From Alloascoidea hylecoeti (lineage: Eukaryota): a stretch of 64,000 bases of DNA. Below the pieces are notes generated by a model, which saw only the letters and a list, made by a program, of their open reading frames with translations, did no database searches and was not told the DNA's origin. Positions within the stretch are counted from its first letter, which is position 1. The number at the start of each line of letters is the position of its first letter. Position numbers and translations under genes: made by a program. Shown piece after piece: positions 11,745-22,282 of this stretch. The stretch covers positions 237,077 through 301,076 of the forward strand of contig BCKZ01000016.1 in assembly GCA_001600815.1 (NCBI GenBank). The letters are read 5' to 3'.

Positions 11745-13905
11745 ATGAGGATACTCTGTGTGGCAGAAAAGCCCTCGATCGCGAAGTCCATAGCAAATAC
11801 TCTTGGTGGTGGTATTGTAGAGGCCCGCAACTCCAATGTGAAGTTCATTAGAAACTACGATTTCATATACACCTTCGAGTCTTGGGGAAATTGTCAGGTT
11901 ACAATGACCTCTGTGGCAGGACATATCTCAGACTTGGAGTTTCCCCCTCAATATGGCTGGGGAAAAGTAAGGCCAATTGACTTATTTGAAGCGCCCTTGA
12001 GAATTAGGCTGTTGGACGGAAAGGTAAGTACTGGTTCATGGGCCATTACGCGTCGGTCTATTTTCAGCACCTTTGTTAATTCTAGTAGAATCAAAATGGT
12101 AGGAAAATGTCTGAAAACATCAAAAAAGAAGCCCAAAATGCAGACATCCTGATGATATGGACTGATTGTGATCGTGAAGGCGAATATATCGGTTACGAAA
12201 TAGTCCAGGCTGCACAAAAGGGAAATCCTAATCTCAAAGATGGTAAAGTGGCCCGTGCCAATTTCAACAATTTGGAAAGAAGGTATGTGATCCTTGTCTA
12301 TCTGATACAAAGTAATGTACTAATTACAATCGCTTCGTTAAGCCATATTAGATATGCTGCAAATCACCCTCTTCGTCTAGATATGAGACAAGTTCGAGCC
12401 GTTGAAGCTAGACTAGAGCTTGATCTAAGAGTCGGTTACTCTTTTACTAGATTTCAGACCAATGAGTATCAATCAAGGTTTCCGGGATTGAAGGATCATA
12501 TGATATCTTACGGTACTTGCCAATTCCCCACACTCGGATTTATTGTAGATCGGTATAAGAGAAAAACAAACTTTATTCCAGAGAAGTTTTGGTCTATTGC
12601 CATAGAAGTTTCAAAAGATGGTAAAAATGTTCAATTCACTTGGAATAGAGTCCATTTATTTGATCGGCTTGTAACAAGTATAATATTCGAAAATTGCATG
12701 GCAAATCCCAAAGCGCAAGTGGTATCGGTTATTAATAAACCGACTTCAAAATGGTAAATATAAACCTTTAAATTTCATATTAAAATTAATATCTAATATG
12801 ATATAACAGGAAACCTTTACCATTAACTACGGTTGAATTGCAGAAAAATGGATCTAGGTATCTAAAAATGAGTGCAAAATCGGTCTTGGACGTATGCTAT
12901 CTCGAGTATTGCTTGCTCATCAATATTAACTAACTTTATCTATCTCTAGGTGGCTGAAAAACTATATCAGCAAGGATACGTATCGTATCCAAGGACGGAA
13001 ACAAATCAGTTTGATAAGGCTATGGATTTAAGAAGACTTGTAGAAAAGCAAACAGGCCACAATGATTGGGGTGACTATGCTAGAAGGTATATTAATGTTT
13101 TTTTCTCTTGACTTTTGAACGTTTTAGTGCATAATTTTAACCGTTATTCTCAAGCTTGATAGATAATAAATTTAAAGAACCAAGGAAAGGAAAAAACAAT
13201 GATCATGCACACCCTCCTATACATCCAGTTAACCTTCTGCAAAAAAATGTTTTGCCAGCTGAATCGTTTAAGGTATATGAGTTTATTACTCGTCATTTTC
13301 TTGCCTGTTGTTCAGAAGATGCCATTGGAGATCTTGACTCTGTTGAGTTGGATTGGGAGGGAGAAAAGTTTTCTGCTTCTGGGCTTCATGTGAAGGAGCG
13401 AAACTTTTTAGAAGTATACCCTTATTGGAAATGGGAGAATACAAAAGTATTACCAGAATTTCAACTTGGAGAAGCTATTGAGCTTAGTTCCGCTATGTTA
13501 AAGGAGGGGAAAACGGCAGGGCCAAATATTTTAACAGAACCTGAACTGATTGCATTGATGGATGCCAATGGTATAGGCACTGATGCAACGATAGCAGAGC
13601 ACATTGAAAAAGTTATCCAAAGGCAATTTGTTGAAAAATCGAAAGCAGGAGGACAAACAATTTTTGTCCCCACAACACTTGGAATGGCATTGATAGATGG
13701 ATACGAGGAAATGGGGTTGGAAATATCTCTTTCTAAACCCTATTTAAGAAGGCAAATGGAATTGGGTTTAAAAGATATCTGTAATGGTAAAGTTTCAAAA
13801 GATATAGTACTGCATGAATTACTCCACATCTACAAGGGAACTTTTTGTCTCTGTAACCAGAAGAAACAAATACTCATGAACGCTTATCAAAAATACGTGG
13901 ATTAA
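11745..13905 (+). CDS. TOP3: DNA topoisomerase III; 6 exons 11745-12023, 12089-12282, 12343-12753, 12810-12891, 12950-13086, 13155-13905 (617 aa)
   Basis: TOPRIM LCVAEKPSIA, WTDCDREGE, SYGTCQFPTLG, catalytic GYVSYPRTET (exon 5, missed by the ORF track), GIGTDAT. Exons sum to 1854 nt with a continuous frame. Confidence 0.93.
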
Positions 13906-13975
13906 GTATAAAGTATATTGAAAAAAATAGATTGGTGAATTAATGTGTTATTTCCGTAAATAAAATACAATTGTG

Positions 13976-15571
13976 CTAACATAATTCTCTTGGTGGGGGA
14001 ATATCAGGAATTCTTCCCAGTCTGAATTTGGCACCTTCAAATTCGATCCTAGCAGCTTCAAGCAGATCTTCTAATTTTGTTATTGAGTCATCCTTATCAC
14101 TTTGAATAAATCTTGGTTGAGTATTATAATTACCTGTTACCCCCTGGAAGTTATTTTTTGTCGAGAAAAGTGATTGCGTTTGTTGTGTAGATGGAGATTC
14201 CGTTAAAGCACCGCCTATCCTTGATCCAAAAACTGATGAATTATTACCTGATTCGGTACCTGATCCAAAGGGTTTAGATTTACCAAAACCTAAGGTTGGT
14301 TTGGAATCTGTGTTGCCTCCAAAAGCTGAAGTAGTTTGGTTATTTCCAAATACTGTAGTAGTCTGTTTATTTCCGAAAGCTGATGTCGTTTGGTTATTTC
14401 CAAAGGCTGTAGTGGCCTGTTTATTTCCGAAAGCTGAAGTAGTTTGGCCATTTCCAAAAATTGAAGTAGTTTGGGGTCCAAAAGGTGAGGGTTTGTTTTC
14501 GCTTGCTGTTTGAGTGTCAGTTTTACTCGCTCCAAAGACTCCAGAGGGTTTTGGGGGGAGGCCAAAGGCGGATGGAATAGAGGTGGTATTCGAACCAAAT
14601 GCACCTGATCCCGCTTTATTACCAAAAGAAGATGAATCAAAAGCTGAAGTGGCAGTGGAGCCAAATGGAGACAAAGAACTGGTAATACTTGTGCTCTTTT
14701 GACTAAACGCTGTGGATCCGAATGTTGGGGTTGTAGTAGAGCCAAATGCAGAAGAATTTGTAGTTTTTGATGTATCTTTATTTTGATTACCAAATGCTGT
14801 TGATCCAAACCGCGGAGTAGTATTATTAGAACCAAAGGGCTTAGAAGGAGCTCCTGATCCAAAAGCCGAAGTCATTTGTGATCCAAATGCTTGTTGACCG
14901 AATTTGGGCGCATTATTGGCGCCAAACGTTGGAGTAGAAATTGCTGTAGAACCAAAAACTGGCTTTGTTGATGTTTGTCCAAATATACCTGTGCCTGAGG
15001 GGGATACTTTATTTATATTGGTTGTAGTGTCCGTGATTCCTACAGAAGCAATTTTTGGACCAAAAGCTGTGATGCCTTTGCTTTGAAAAGGTTGTGTATT
15101 GGTATTCGGACCAAAAGACGAACATATAGTCATAGCCGGTGCTTCAAACGGTATATAAGGTTTCATTGTAAAATTTTCATTCTCTGCTCTTTTCTCCGTG
15201 GCAATTTGTAGATATCTAGCCGCTTTTCTTGTATCTTCTTTAATGAAAGTTGCGCACTTATTGGTGTCTTCTTTTCTCGAGCGAAGAAAAGATTCATACT
15301 GAGAGGTAGAGTTGTTTTCTTTGGCCTTATACGCCGCTAGCCGTAACTCATCATAAGAAATATCACGTCCAGAAATCAAATTTACTGTTGTCTTTTGAGG
15401 TCCAAAGGAAGAAAAGGGTAGTGGATGTTTAAGCTCTGTGTTGATTTCTTGTGATATAGAGTTTAGTTCTCTCTCGACATTTGTTTGATTTTGGTTTTGC
15501 TTATTTTGGTTATTCCAGGAATTACTTTTGTTGTTATTATTTCCATAATTGTATACGCTATTTCTGGACAT
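13976..15571 (-). CDS. NUP42: FG-repeat nucleoporin Nup42/Amo1
   Basis: Many (S/A)FG repeats and the C-terminal Gle1-binding tail FRLGRIPDIPPPRELC. Confidence 0.85.
   Translation of the reverse strand: MSRNSVYNYGNNNNKSNSWNNQNKQNQNQTNVERELNSISQEINTELKHPLPFSSFGPQKTTVNLISGRDISYDELRLAAYKAKENNSTSQYESFLRSRKEDTNKCATFIKEDTRKAARYLQIATEKRAENENFTMKPYIPFEAPAMTICSSFGPNTNTQPFQSKGITAFGPKIASVGITDTTTNINKVSPSGTGIFGQTSTKPVFGSTAISTPTFGANNAPKFGQQAFGSQMTSAFGSGAPSKPFGSNNTTPRFGSTAFGNQNKDTSKTTNSSAFGSTTTPTFGSTAFSQKSTSITSSLSPFGSTATSAFDSSSFGNKAGSGAFGSNTTSIPSAFGLPPKPSGVFGASKTDTQTASENKPSPFGPQTTSIFGNGQTTSAFGNKQATTAFGNNQTTSAFGNKQTTTVFGNNQTTSAFGGNTDSKPTLGFGKSKPFGSGTESGNNSSVFGSRIGGALTESPSTQQTQSLFSTKNNFQGVTGNYNTQPRFIQSDKDDSITKLEDLLEAARIEFEGAKFRLGRIPDIPPPRELC
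14319..14474 (-). repeat. 27-bp (54-bp higher order) coding tandem repeat, QTTSAFGN(K/N)
   Basis: About 6 units visible at both DNA and protein level. Confidence 0.85.
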
Positions 15572-15659
15572 TTCTTTGAAATTTTTAATTGTTGATGAAC
15601 AATATTACTGTTGTTAGAAAATTAAACACACTCTATTCCACCAAACTACTACACATAGC

Positions 15660-16685
15660 ATGATATGCATCGAATGTACACAGCCAGTATCATCTCTCTT
15701 CACCTCCTACACAAAAGACTACATCAAATTGACTTATTGTCCTCATTGTAACAAAGTGACAGATAAATATATTGAATACGATTCAGTCTTATTATGCATC
15801 GACTTGCTTCTACTAAAAAGACAAGCATACCGGCACCTCATTTTCAATATTTTAGAAAACACTAATGGGAAAGGATGGGATGGCTGTGATCAGAAAAATG
15901 CGGTGGAATCAGAGGTAAAACGTGTGAGTCGTGTTCAAAAGAAATTTCGCAAAATAATCACATTTCTTAGGTCCTTACCTCTAATTAATAAAAGCGCGGC
16001 GTCATCTTGTCATCCAATGGTAGTCCGAATGTGGATCCTAATCTCACTGTTTAATGTCTATTTAACATGGGCAGGGGAAGAAAAGCTTCCAGAAAATGAT
16101 AGATCGTGGATGGTCGATGTCATTCTTGGTCAACAGGCTACGTCCCAATATTTGTTCTTCCTGGTAAAGTGTATCACGGAATCAATATTAACAGAATGGT
16201 CGATTCAAAATTTGGCTTCTCTATTGTGTGGATGGGGAAGTCAGAGGACTGGGAAAGTTCCAGTCATTCCCCCTAATATGGGTAAAACAGAGGATAAATC
16301 TATAGATTACTATGACAATCATCTATTCTACACTGCTCAAGATTATCCCAATTCACTTTCGATAGCTGTATTGATTGCTAGCTCTAGCAAACTCCTTCCA
16401 ATATTAATGATCATATGGTCTTATGATATTCCCGTTGCATCTACATTGACAAGTTTGGCTGTTTATGCAAACATGATTGAAGCCATTGAGATAATAATAG
16501 GCTGTGGATATAAGAAATCTACTTCTATTGTTGTTCTCTCAGTGTTATTTAGATTACTGGTAATAAGGGTAATGGTTATTGTATATACGGGTACAATATC
16601 CGGTATGGGATTTCAGTATGCTCTGTTGAAGGATGCTGAGGATTTATGGAATGGATTTTGCTCTCGAATTCATAATGTTTTCTAA
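15660..16685 (+). CDS. ARV1: Arv1 sterol/lipid homeostasis protein
   Basis: MICIEC..CPHCNKVTDKYIEYDSVLLCIDLLLLKRQAYRHLIFN Arv1 homology domain. Confidence 0.93.
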   Translation: MICIECTQPVSSLFTSYTKDYIKLTYCPHCNKVTDKYIEYDSVLLCIDLLLLKRQAYRHLIFNILENTNGKGWDGCDQKNAVESEVKRVSRVQKKFRKIITFLRSLPLINKSAASSCHPMVVRMWILISLFNVYLTWAGEEKLPENDRSWMVDVILGQQATSQYLFFLVKCITESILTEWSIQNLASLLCGWGSQRTGKVPVIPPNMGKTEDKSIDYYDNHLFYTAQDYPNSLSIAVLIASSSKLLPILMIIWSYDIPVASTLTSLAVYANMIEAIEIIIGCGYKKSTSIVVLSVLFRLLVIRVMVIVYTGTISGMGFQYALLKDAEDLWNGFCSRIHNVF

Positions 16686-16825
16686 CGTAATGTATATTAT
16701 TGACCCTTATTATAACTAACAATTATATCTATGGGTATATAAGCTTATAATTATTATCTTCAAGAAAGAATACAATTCTTATGTAGCAATTATAATACCC
16801 TCCGTAATAAACACAAAATGGAGAT

Positions 16826-19427
16826 TCATTCCCATTCTAAAAATCTCATTCTTCTCCTAATAGTCCCTTCTCTCTCCATAGTTACTATTTCGTCACCTTG
16901 GACCATTAACCAAGGGCCATTTAATCTTGAAATCAGATTAGGGTTATCGTAAGTTAGATTTTGTTCTCTATATTCATCTAAAGTCCTAGATTTTGATTTA
17001 CGAGTATTGGTATTATTCTCACTATTATCATGGTCCCTAAACTCTGTGGAATTTTGTCCTTTAATAGCTCTTAAAGCAATAAAAGTCAATAAAGGAACAT
17101 AATCTTTTTCAAAATTATATAAGATTACCAAAGTTGCTAAAGGTAATGGGGTTAATAATGTTGCCAAAGTATATGCATTTTCTAAAGCAAGAGTTCCAGC
17201 CATGGTCAATTGAAATATCATAAGTCCCAAGATTACTCTTCTAAAAACTAGAAGCCAAACTTTACCGGTTGAATGCTGAGGGTGAACCATTGAAAAGACC
17301 AATTGGTATTTAAAAACAAAAAATCCAATAATGAAATAAACCAATCCCGCAGCTACGATTTTAGTAGACATTATACTATAAATTGTAGTGATAACCAAAA
17401 CTAGTAAAGGCTGTGGTAATTGTAAACCAAAGTTCATAGTAGGCGGTTTATATAAATTTCTAAAATCTCTTGGAGTTTTGCAAGTAAGTCTAAAAAATGG
17501 GAACCGGAATAAGCTCCCGAATTGAAGTAACTTAAAAGGAAGCATTCCCATACCTTGTAGAATTATTAGATCGGTATAAAATAAGGACAATTTTTTTAAT
17601 GATTCTGCTAATTGTCTTGCTATTTTGGTTGTGTCGCTAAGGAGTCCCCAGTAGTTTGAAGCGGTCCCCGCTAAAGTGAACACAAACATATTGACAAACA
17701 AATAGAAGAAGTTTTTAGAAACAGCACTTAGTTCTTCTTCTCCATGGGATAAATAGCCTTGTTTTGAAGATAAAAAGATATTAAAATATGGGACAATAAA
17801 ATTAATCAAAGTAAAGAGATAGGTTGGTAATAAACCTGTTACTAAAGCTTCTGCCCATTTAGATGATTTTAACATTCGACCCAAGGCAGGCCAAAACTTA
17901 GATATTGTTTTTGTATTTAATAAAGCAGCAACATAGCCAACCGGAAATATAAGAATTAAACTTGAGATGCCAACAAAAAAAGTAATGGAGTATGATTTGA
18001 TTACACGCTCTTTCCTAGAAGATACGGAGTTACTCCAGATAATATCATGAGGAGCAGGAGCTAATTTAGTAATTAAAAAATGTGGATGAGGGTCCAAAAC
18101 AGCTTGTGCTACCATTTGTGCAGAAGCAACTGAATCCATTGTTACAAATGCCATTGGAGTTGAAGGATATTCTCTCTTTTGTGCTCTACTTATTTCTTCA
18201 TCAATAATTTCCAATCTTTCAGTGAAATAATCTATTGTATCGACCTCTTGGCCGAATAACCCAAGAAAGCCTAATTTTCTTCTTGGACGAGTATAAGTTC
18301 TTCCTGAACAGTTGGCAAGTTGAATGATACCAGCGGAATCAGGTAACAGACTAGCAGTTGAATCTGAGTCGGAATTTGATAGTGTGTCTTCATTGTCATT
18401 AGAAATGGTGTTGGACGGGCTGAGATCATCAACGGCAGATGTGTTAGTACCAGTACTAGGATTCTGGTTCAGATTTTGATTTTGAGGAGCATTTTGTGAG
18501 AAGGGTCTCCCATCGAGTGCATAAGAAGGATGAATTCTGAATTGAAAAACGGGCAAAGCATCGATATTATTATTATTACCACTTTGGTTGGAGGACGTTG
18601 TATTTAAATATTGAGCCCATAGTTGTTCCAACTTATTGACAACAAATTCGCGCTGGCGGAAGAGGTTATTAAGATATTTCCAGTCGCGGCAAAGAGATAT
18701 TGATTTGACCTCACCAACTTTTAATTTTTCCAGATGATTTTTCAAAGTTTCGGGATCACGTAGTTCTGGTGGGATTCCCGATAAGGATATAGTTCTATCT
18801 GCGATGGAGTTTTGATTGCCGAGGTAGGATTGGCGCACATTGACGATTTTCTTGGTATGCAGAAGCAGGAAGAAAACGGCTGCCAGAGTGAAAAGATAAG
18901 AGAAGACCACATAAGTCCAGAGGTATGTTTTGTAGTCCTCGGGGCCAACCAATGGGATATTTCTCAATTCGCGTCCGTCGTCTCCGTCGTCTCCATCGTC
19001 TCCATCTCCCTGGTCGTACTTACCTGTGAAGTGGTATCTGACGGGGCTGATCACGGTGACGCAGAAAAAGAGGCACACGGTCAGAAACCGGATGACCATG
19101 CGGTAGAAACTCAGGAATATGTAGGCGTCCAGGCCAGCGCTCTCCAGGATATCGTTCTCAGACAGAGACCAGAGGATGGGGATCCAGCCGAACAGCGATC
19201 GGGGAAGGTTGGGAAGATGTTCTATTCCGTGTCAGTAGATGTCAAATGCCCAATTCACTTGCAGTCAAATACTTACTTCTACGAGCCGTTCTGGCAGCGT
19301 ACAACTGGGGCCAGTTGCGTCGCAGGAGGCAGAACGAGAAGAAGGCCGACAGGCCGAGGGTGGCCGCGATGACCAGCTGTGTGGTGGCGACCCTCGCCTC
19401 CGTCCGCGTGCCCTGGTGGTCTGACAT
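16826..19427 (-). CDS. CSC1: CSC1/OSCA/TMEM63 calcium-permeable stress-gated cation channel; exons 19427-19277 and 19221-16826 (848 aa)
   Basis: A 55-nt intron (GTAAGT..TACTGAC..TAG) joins LRRNWPQLYAAR to SLFGWIP..AGLDAYIFL; also LAPAPHDIIW and many TM helices. Confidence 0.9.
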
Positions 19428-19568
19428 ATTGGTGTTGCTGCTATTTCTTTGTGCGATGCTTTCAGATAGCTACAGTATGATCACGAAGGACCCACGTGCT
19501 CGGAGCGTGATGCCTTCGTCTTCTTCAATTTTAAACCTCCTCTGCTTTCTTCTCCACATCTGCACGTT

Positions 19569-20945
19569 ATGTACTACAGTCTGCAAATCAAAATTAACCC
19601 TAAACTGTCCTATGACGGCTTCTACACACAAGGCGACTATGTCTCGGGATCCGTCATTCTCTCCGTCCCCCCTCCCAATAAGTCATCCCTTAAACAAAAC
19701 ACCCCTCCCAAGAAACTAGATATTTCCTCCGTCCAAATATCTCTGGTAGCTTCTAAGCATATCAAAGTAAACGTCCCCCCTTCCCTTCAATCCTTTATCA
19801 GTACCGGTGGCTGGGCCTTGGATGGGGAGAACGAATACCAACTATTTAGTGGCTACAAACCAACGGAACAGTCTGACTCAACCTATTTCTCTGTTTCCCA
19901 AGTCCTTTATAATTCTTTGAAACTCGACGAAAAACTGAAACCAGGCAATACGTACACTTTTCCTTTTGAGTTCCAATATCCTGAGGATCGCTTATTGATA
20001 CCTTATTTAGTGCAGGCTGACAAACATGAAATCAGTAGCCATCGTCTCGAAGTCACTGTTACTAATGGTCCTGATGAGAAAATACTTCATAACTCAGATC
20101 CAATTTTCTACATTATTGCCGGTGGTACTTATCGTCCTTCCAAGACTGCTATACCTTCTAACGTCAGAAAACCAATTACCTTTAACATCCCAGAGCACAC
20201 CAACACCTCATCTCCATTCACTATAAAGACTCTCCTTCTAGAACTAAGATTTTATGAAAATAAGGTGTTCACAGTTGGTGAAAAGTTCCCGCCTTTCGGG
20301 GTATTCTTAATCACTTCACAACCGCCTTCCCATTACAAAGAAGGGAAAGACGATTCAAATGGTTGTGTCTTAATGTTACAAAACTTTAAAATTATTATGA
20401 ATCAAATGGAAACTTTACAAACTGAAAATATCATTAAACGTAAAAAGTATAGAAACAGAACCATGTCCCGTGAAGTCCTTGAAGAGCTCTTAATTGTTGA
20501 TCTTGCAAATTCAACTCCTGTTCCACCAACTTGGAATAAACCTGAGAATGTCAACTTCTGGGAATTGGAAATAAAATCGGAGATCTTTAATAACACTGTT
20601 TTATCTCAGTTCACCGTTCCTTCATTTAAGGTTGAAGACATGTCCATTTTCTATAGTTTTACTTTGGAATTGGATGCTGCAATAATGAATCAAACAGATT
20701 GGCAACATTCGACTCTTCAGACTTTAGTAGAAGTTAAAAGGAGAATCAATCCTTCAACTGTCTCTGCTGGTTTTAAATCTGCCCCTCCACTTATCTCTCG
20801 TTTTTCTCAGTTATCTGTCGTTGATACAAAAGTAAAAGAGAAGGAAGTAAATGAGAAAGATTCCTTAACTGGAAATACAAATAACAGAAACAGTTTTTTG
20901 GCACCTTTCAACGCTTTTAGAGAAAAAAAATATACTTCCTACTAA
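19569..20945 (+). CDS. Arrestin-related protein, Art10-like
   Basis: N-terminal FYTQGDYVSGSVIL and YTFPFEFQYP arrestin-N pattern; VPSFK..IFYSFTLEL near the C-terminus. Confidence 0.65.
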   Translation: MYYSLQIKINPKLSYDGFYTQGDYVSGSVILSVPPPNKSSLKQNTPPKKLDISSVQISLVASKHIKVNVPPSLQSFISTGGWALDGENEYQLFSGYKPTEQSDSTYFSVSQVLYNSLKLDEKLKPGNTYTFPFEFQYPEDRLLIPYLVQADKHEISSHRLEVTVTNGPDEKILHNSDPIFYIIAGGTYRPSKTAIPSNVRKPITFNIPEHTNTSSPFTIKTLLLELRFYENKVFTVGEKFPPFGVFLITSQPPSHYKEGKDDSNGCVLMLQNFKIIMNQMETLQTENIIKRKKYRNRTMSREVLEELLIVDLANSTPVPPTWNKPENVNFWELEIKSEIFNNTVLSQFTVPSFKVEDMSIFYSFTLELDAAIMNQTDWQHSTLQTLVEVKRRINPSTVSAGFKSAPPLISRFSQLSVVDTKVKEKEVNEKDSLTGNTNNRNSFLAPFNAFREKKYTSY

Positions 20946-21183
20946 AACATATCTTTTTTTTTTTTTTGTTCATCTTCTATTTTTTATTTTATTTCTAAAT
21001 CAATGATACAAAAGTAAAAGAAAAGGAAGTAAATGAGAAAGATTCCTTAACTGTAAATACAAATAACAGAAACAGTTTTTTGGCACCTTTCAACGCTTTT
21101 AGAGAAAAAAAATATACTTCCTACTAAAACTTATCTTTTTTTTTTTTGTTCATTTTCTATTTTTTATTTTATTTATAAATCAA
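20822..21183 (+). repeat. 182-bp direct tandem duplication (20822-21003 and 21004-21183) of the last ~40 codons, stop and T-rich 3' flank of the arrestin-like gene
   Basis: Two near-identical copies differing by a few substitutions and small indels. Confidence 0.95.
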
Positions 21184-22282
21184 TAATGCTCTTCACGAAA
21201 TTGGATACTCAATCCTTAAAACAATTAATAATGTCCTTCACTAAATTAAATACTTAGTCCTTAAAAGTTTATAAATATCAATTGTCTTGTGCCATACAGT
21301 TTTAATCTATTTTTACCTCTACTGTAGGTAGAATGAATGTAATGATTTTTATATTTTTTCTTGTTTAATACAACAACTGAATAAATTTGTTTATTTTTTT
21401 CTTTTTAACCTAAAATTATATTTTTGGTATAACTTATTACAAAACCTGAATTTTTTACTGTATTTCTTGCAATTGCTTTATCATTAACGTTTAGTTTAAA
21501 ATGTACCTATGATATTAATGAATGAAATTGATTTTTGTTATAATATCGATATCTTTTACGTAAGCCAATAAATACTAAATTATAAATTTGCAATTGTTGA
21601 TATAATTGTTATAGAACTACACATATACAGTAGAAATCCGTAGGGCTATATATAGCTAAAACTCCGTCAGATAACGGTGCACTCCAATGATCCAATGACA
21701 TTACCCTCGGTATACTTATTATTGCTAGATTTGGTTTGGGGGTTATGATATATGTTGGCTGACCGACTAAAGTTGTTAAGATAAAATTTGCAGTTGAACA
21801 ATTTTGGTGGTGTAATTTCCAACTATCGTTACCATTATGGTATATTTTTCTTTACCAAGTTACATTCACAGACAAATCATAGTCACAGTTTCGAGCCTTA
21901 CCTTGTGTTAGAAATAGAAGTAATAATGGGTAGCACCATAACGGTGCGCCCATGTCAGCTCCAGTAGTGCTCTGTTTCTTGAAGGAAAGTATTAGATGTG
22001 GAGATACTGCGCCTTGCTTGATCCTCTTGAGAAGCACCAACAATTTAAAAGTAATTACGTTAACGCTTTCATTCATTTTATCTTTATATATCATTTACAG
22101 AACATTAAAACTATAAAACAGTATTCGTAGGAAAGCAAGCAAAAAAAAAAGAAGCAAATTGAACTCAGGTTCTTGGCATGTATGTGTGTGTCCGTTACGT
22201 CGGTCAGATCTCATTATAATCATCATTTTAGTCTAATCAGAAATGAAACATTTTCTCTTATTTCATTGTATCTTTATTTTTC

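Noticed and set aside
14319..14474. Regularly spaced repeats resembling an array
   Set aside because: They are coding FG-nucleoporin repeats without unique spacers; not CRISPR.
15608..15620. Branch-plus-acceptor-like TTCTAACAACAG upstream of NUP42
   Set aside because: It is followed by an in-frame TAA and there is no convincing donor outside ARV1, so it cannot add a coding exon.
19100..19200. Possible alternative CUG decoding (Ser/Ala clades)
   Set aside because: CTG occupies conserved Leu positions in CSC1 (SLFGW, AGLDAY), supporting the standard code.
18812..19719. Long antisense ORFs (186 aa and 157 aa) over the CSC1 5' end
   Set aside because: Explained by high local GC and codon bias of the real gene on the opposite strand.
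21852..22094. 80-aa ORF and GC-richer patch downstream of NOT1
   Set aside because: No recognisable protein, tRNA or snoRNA signature.
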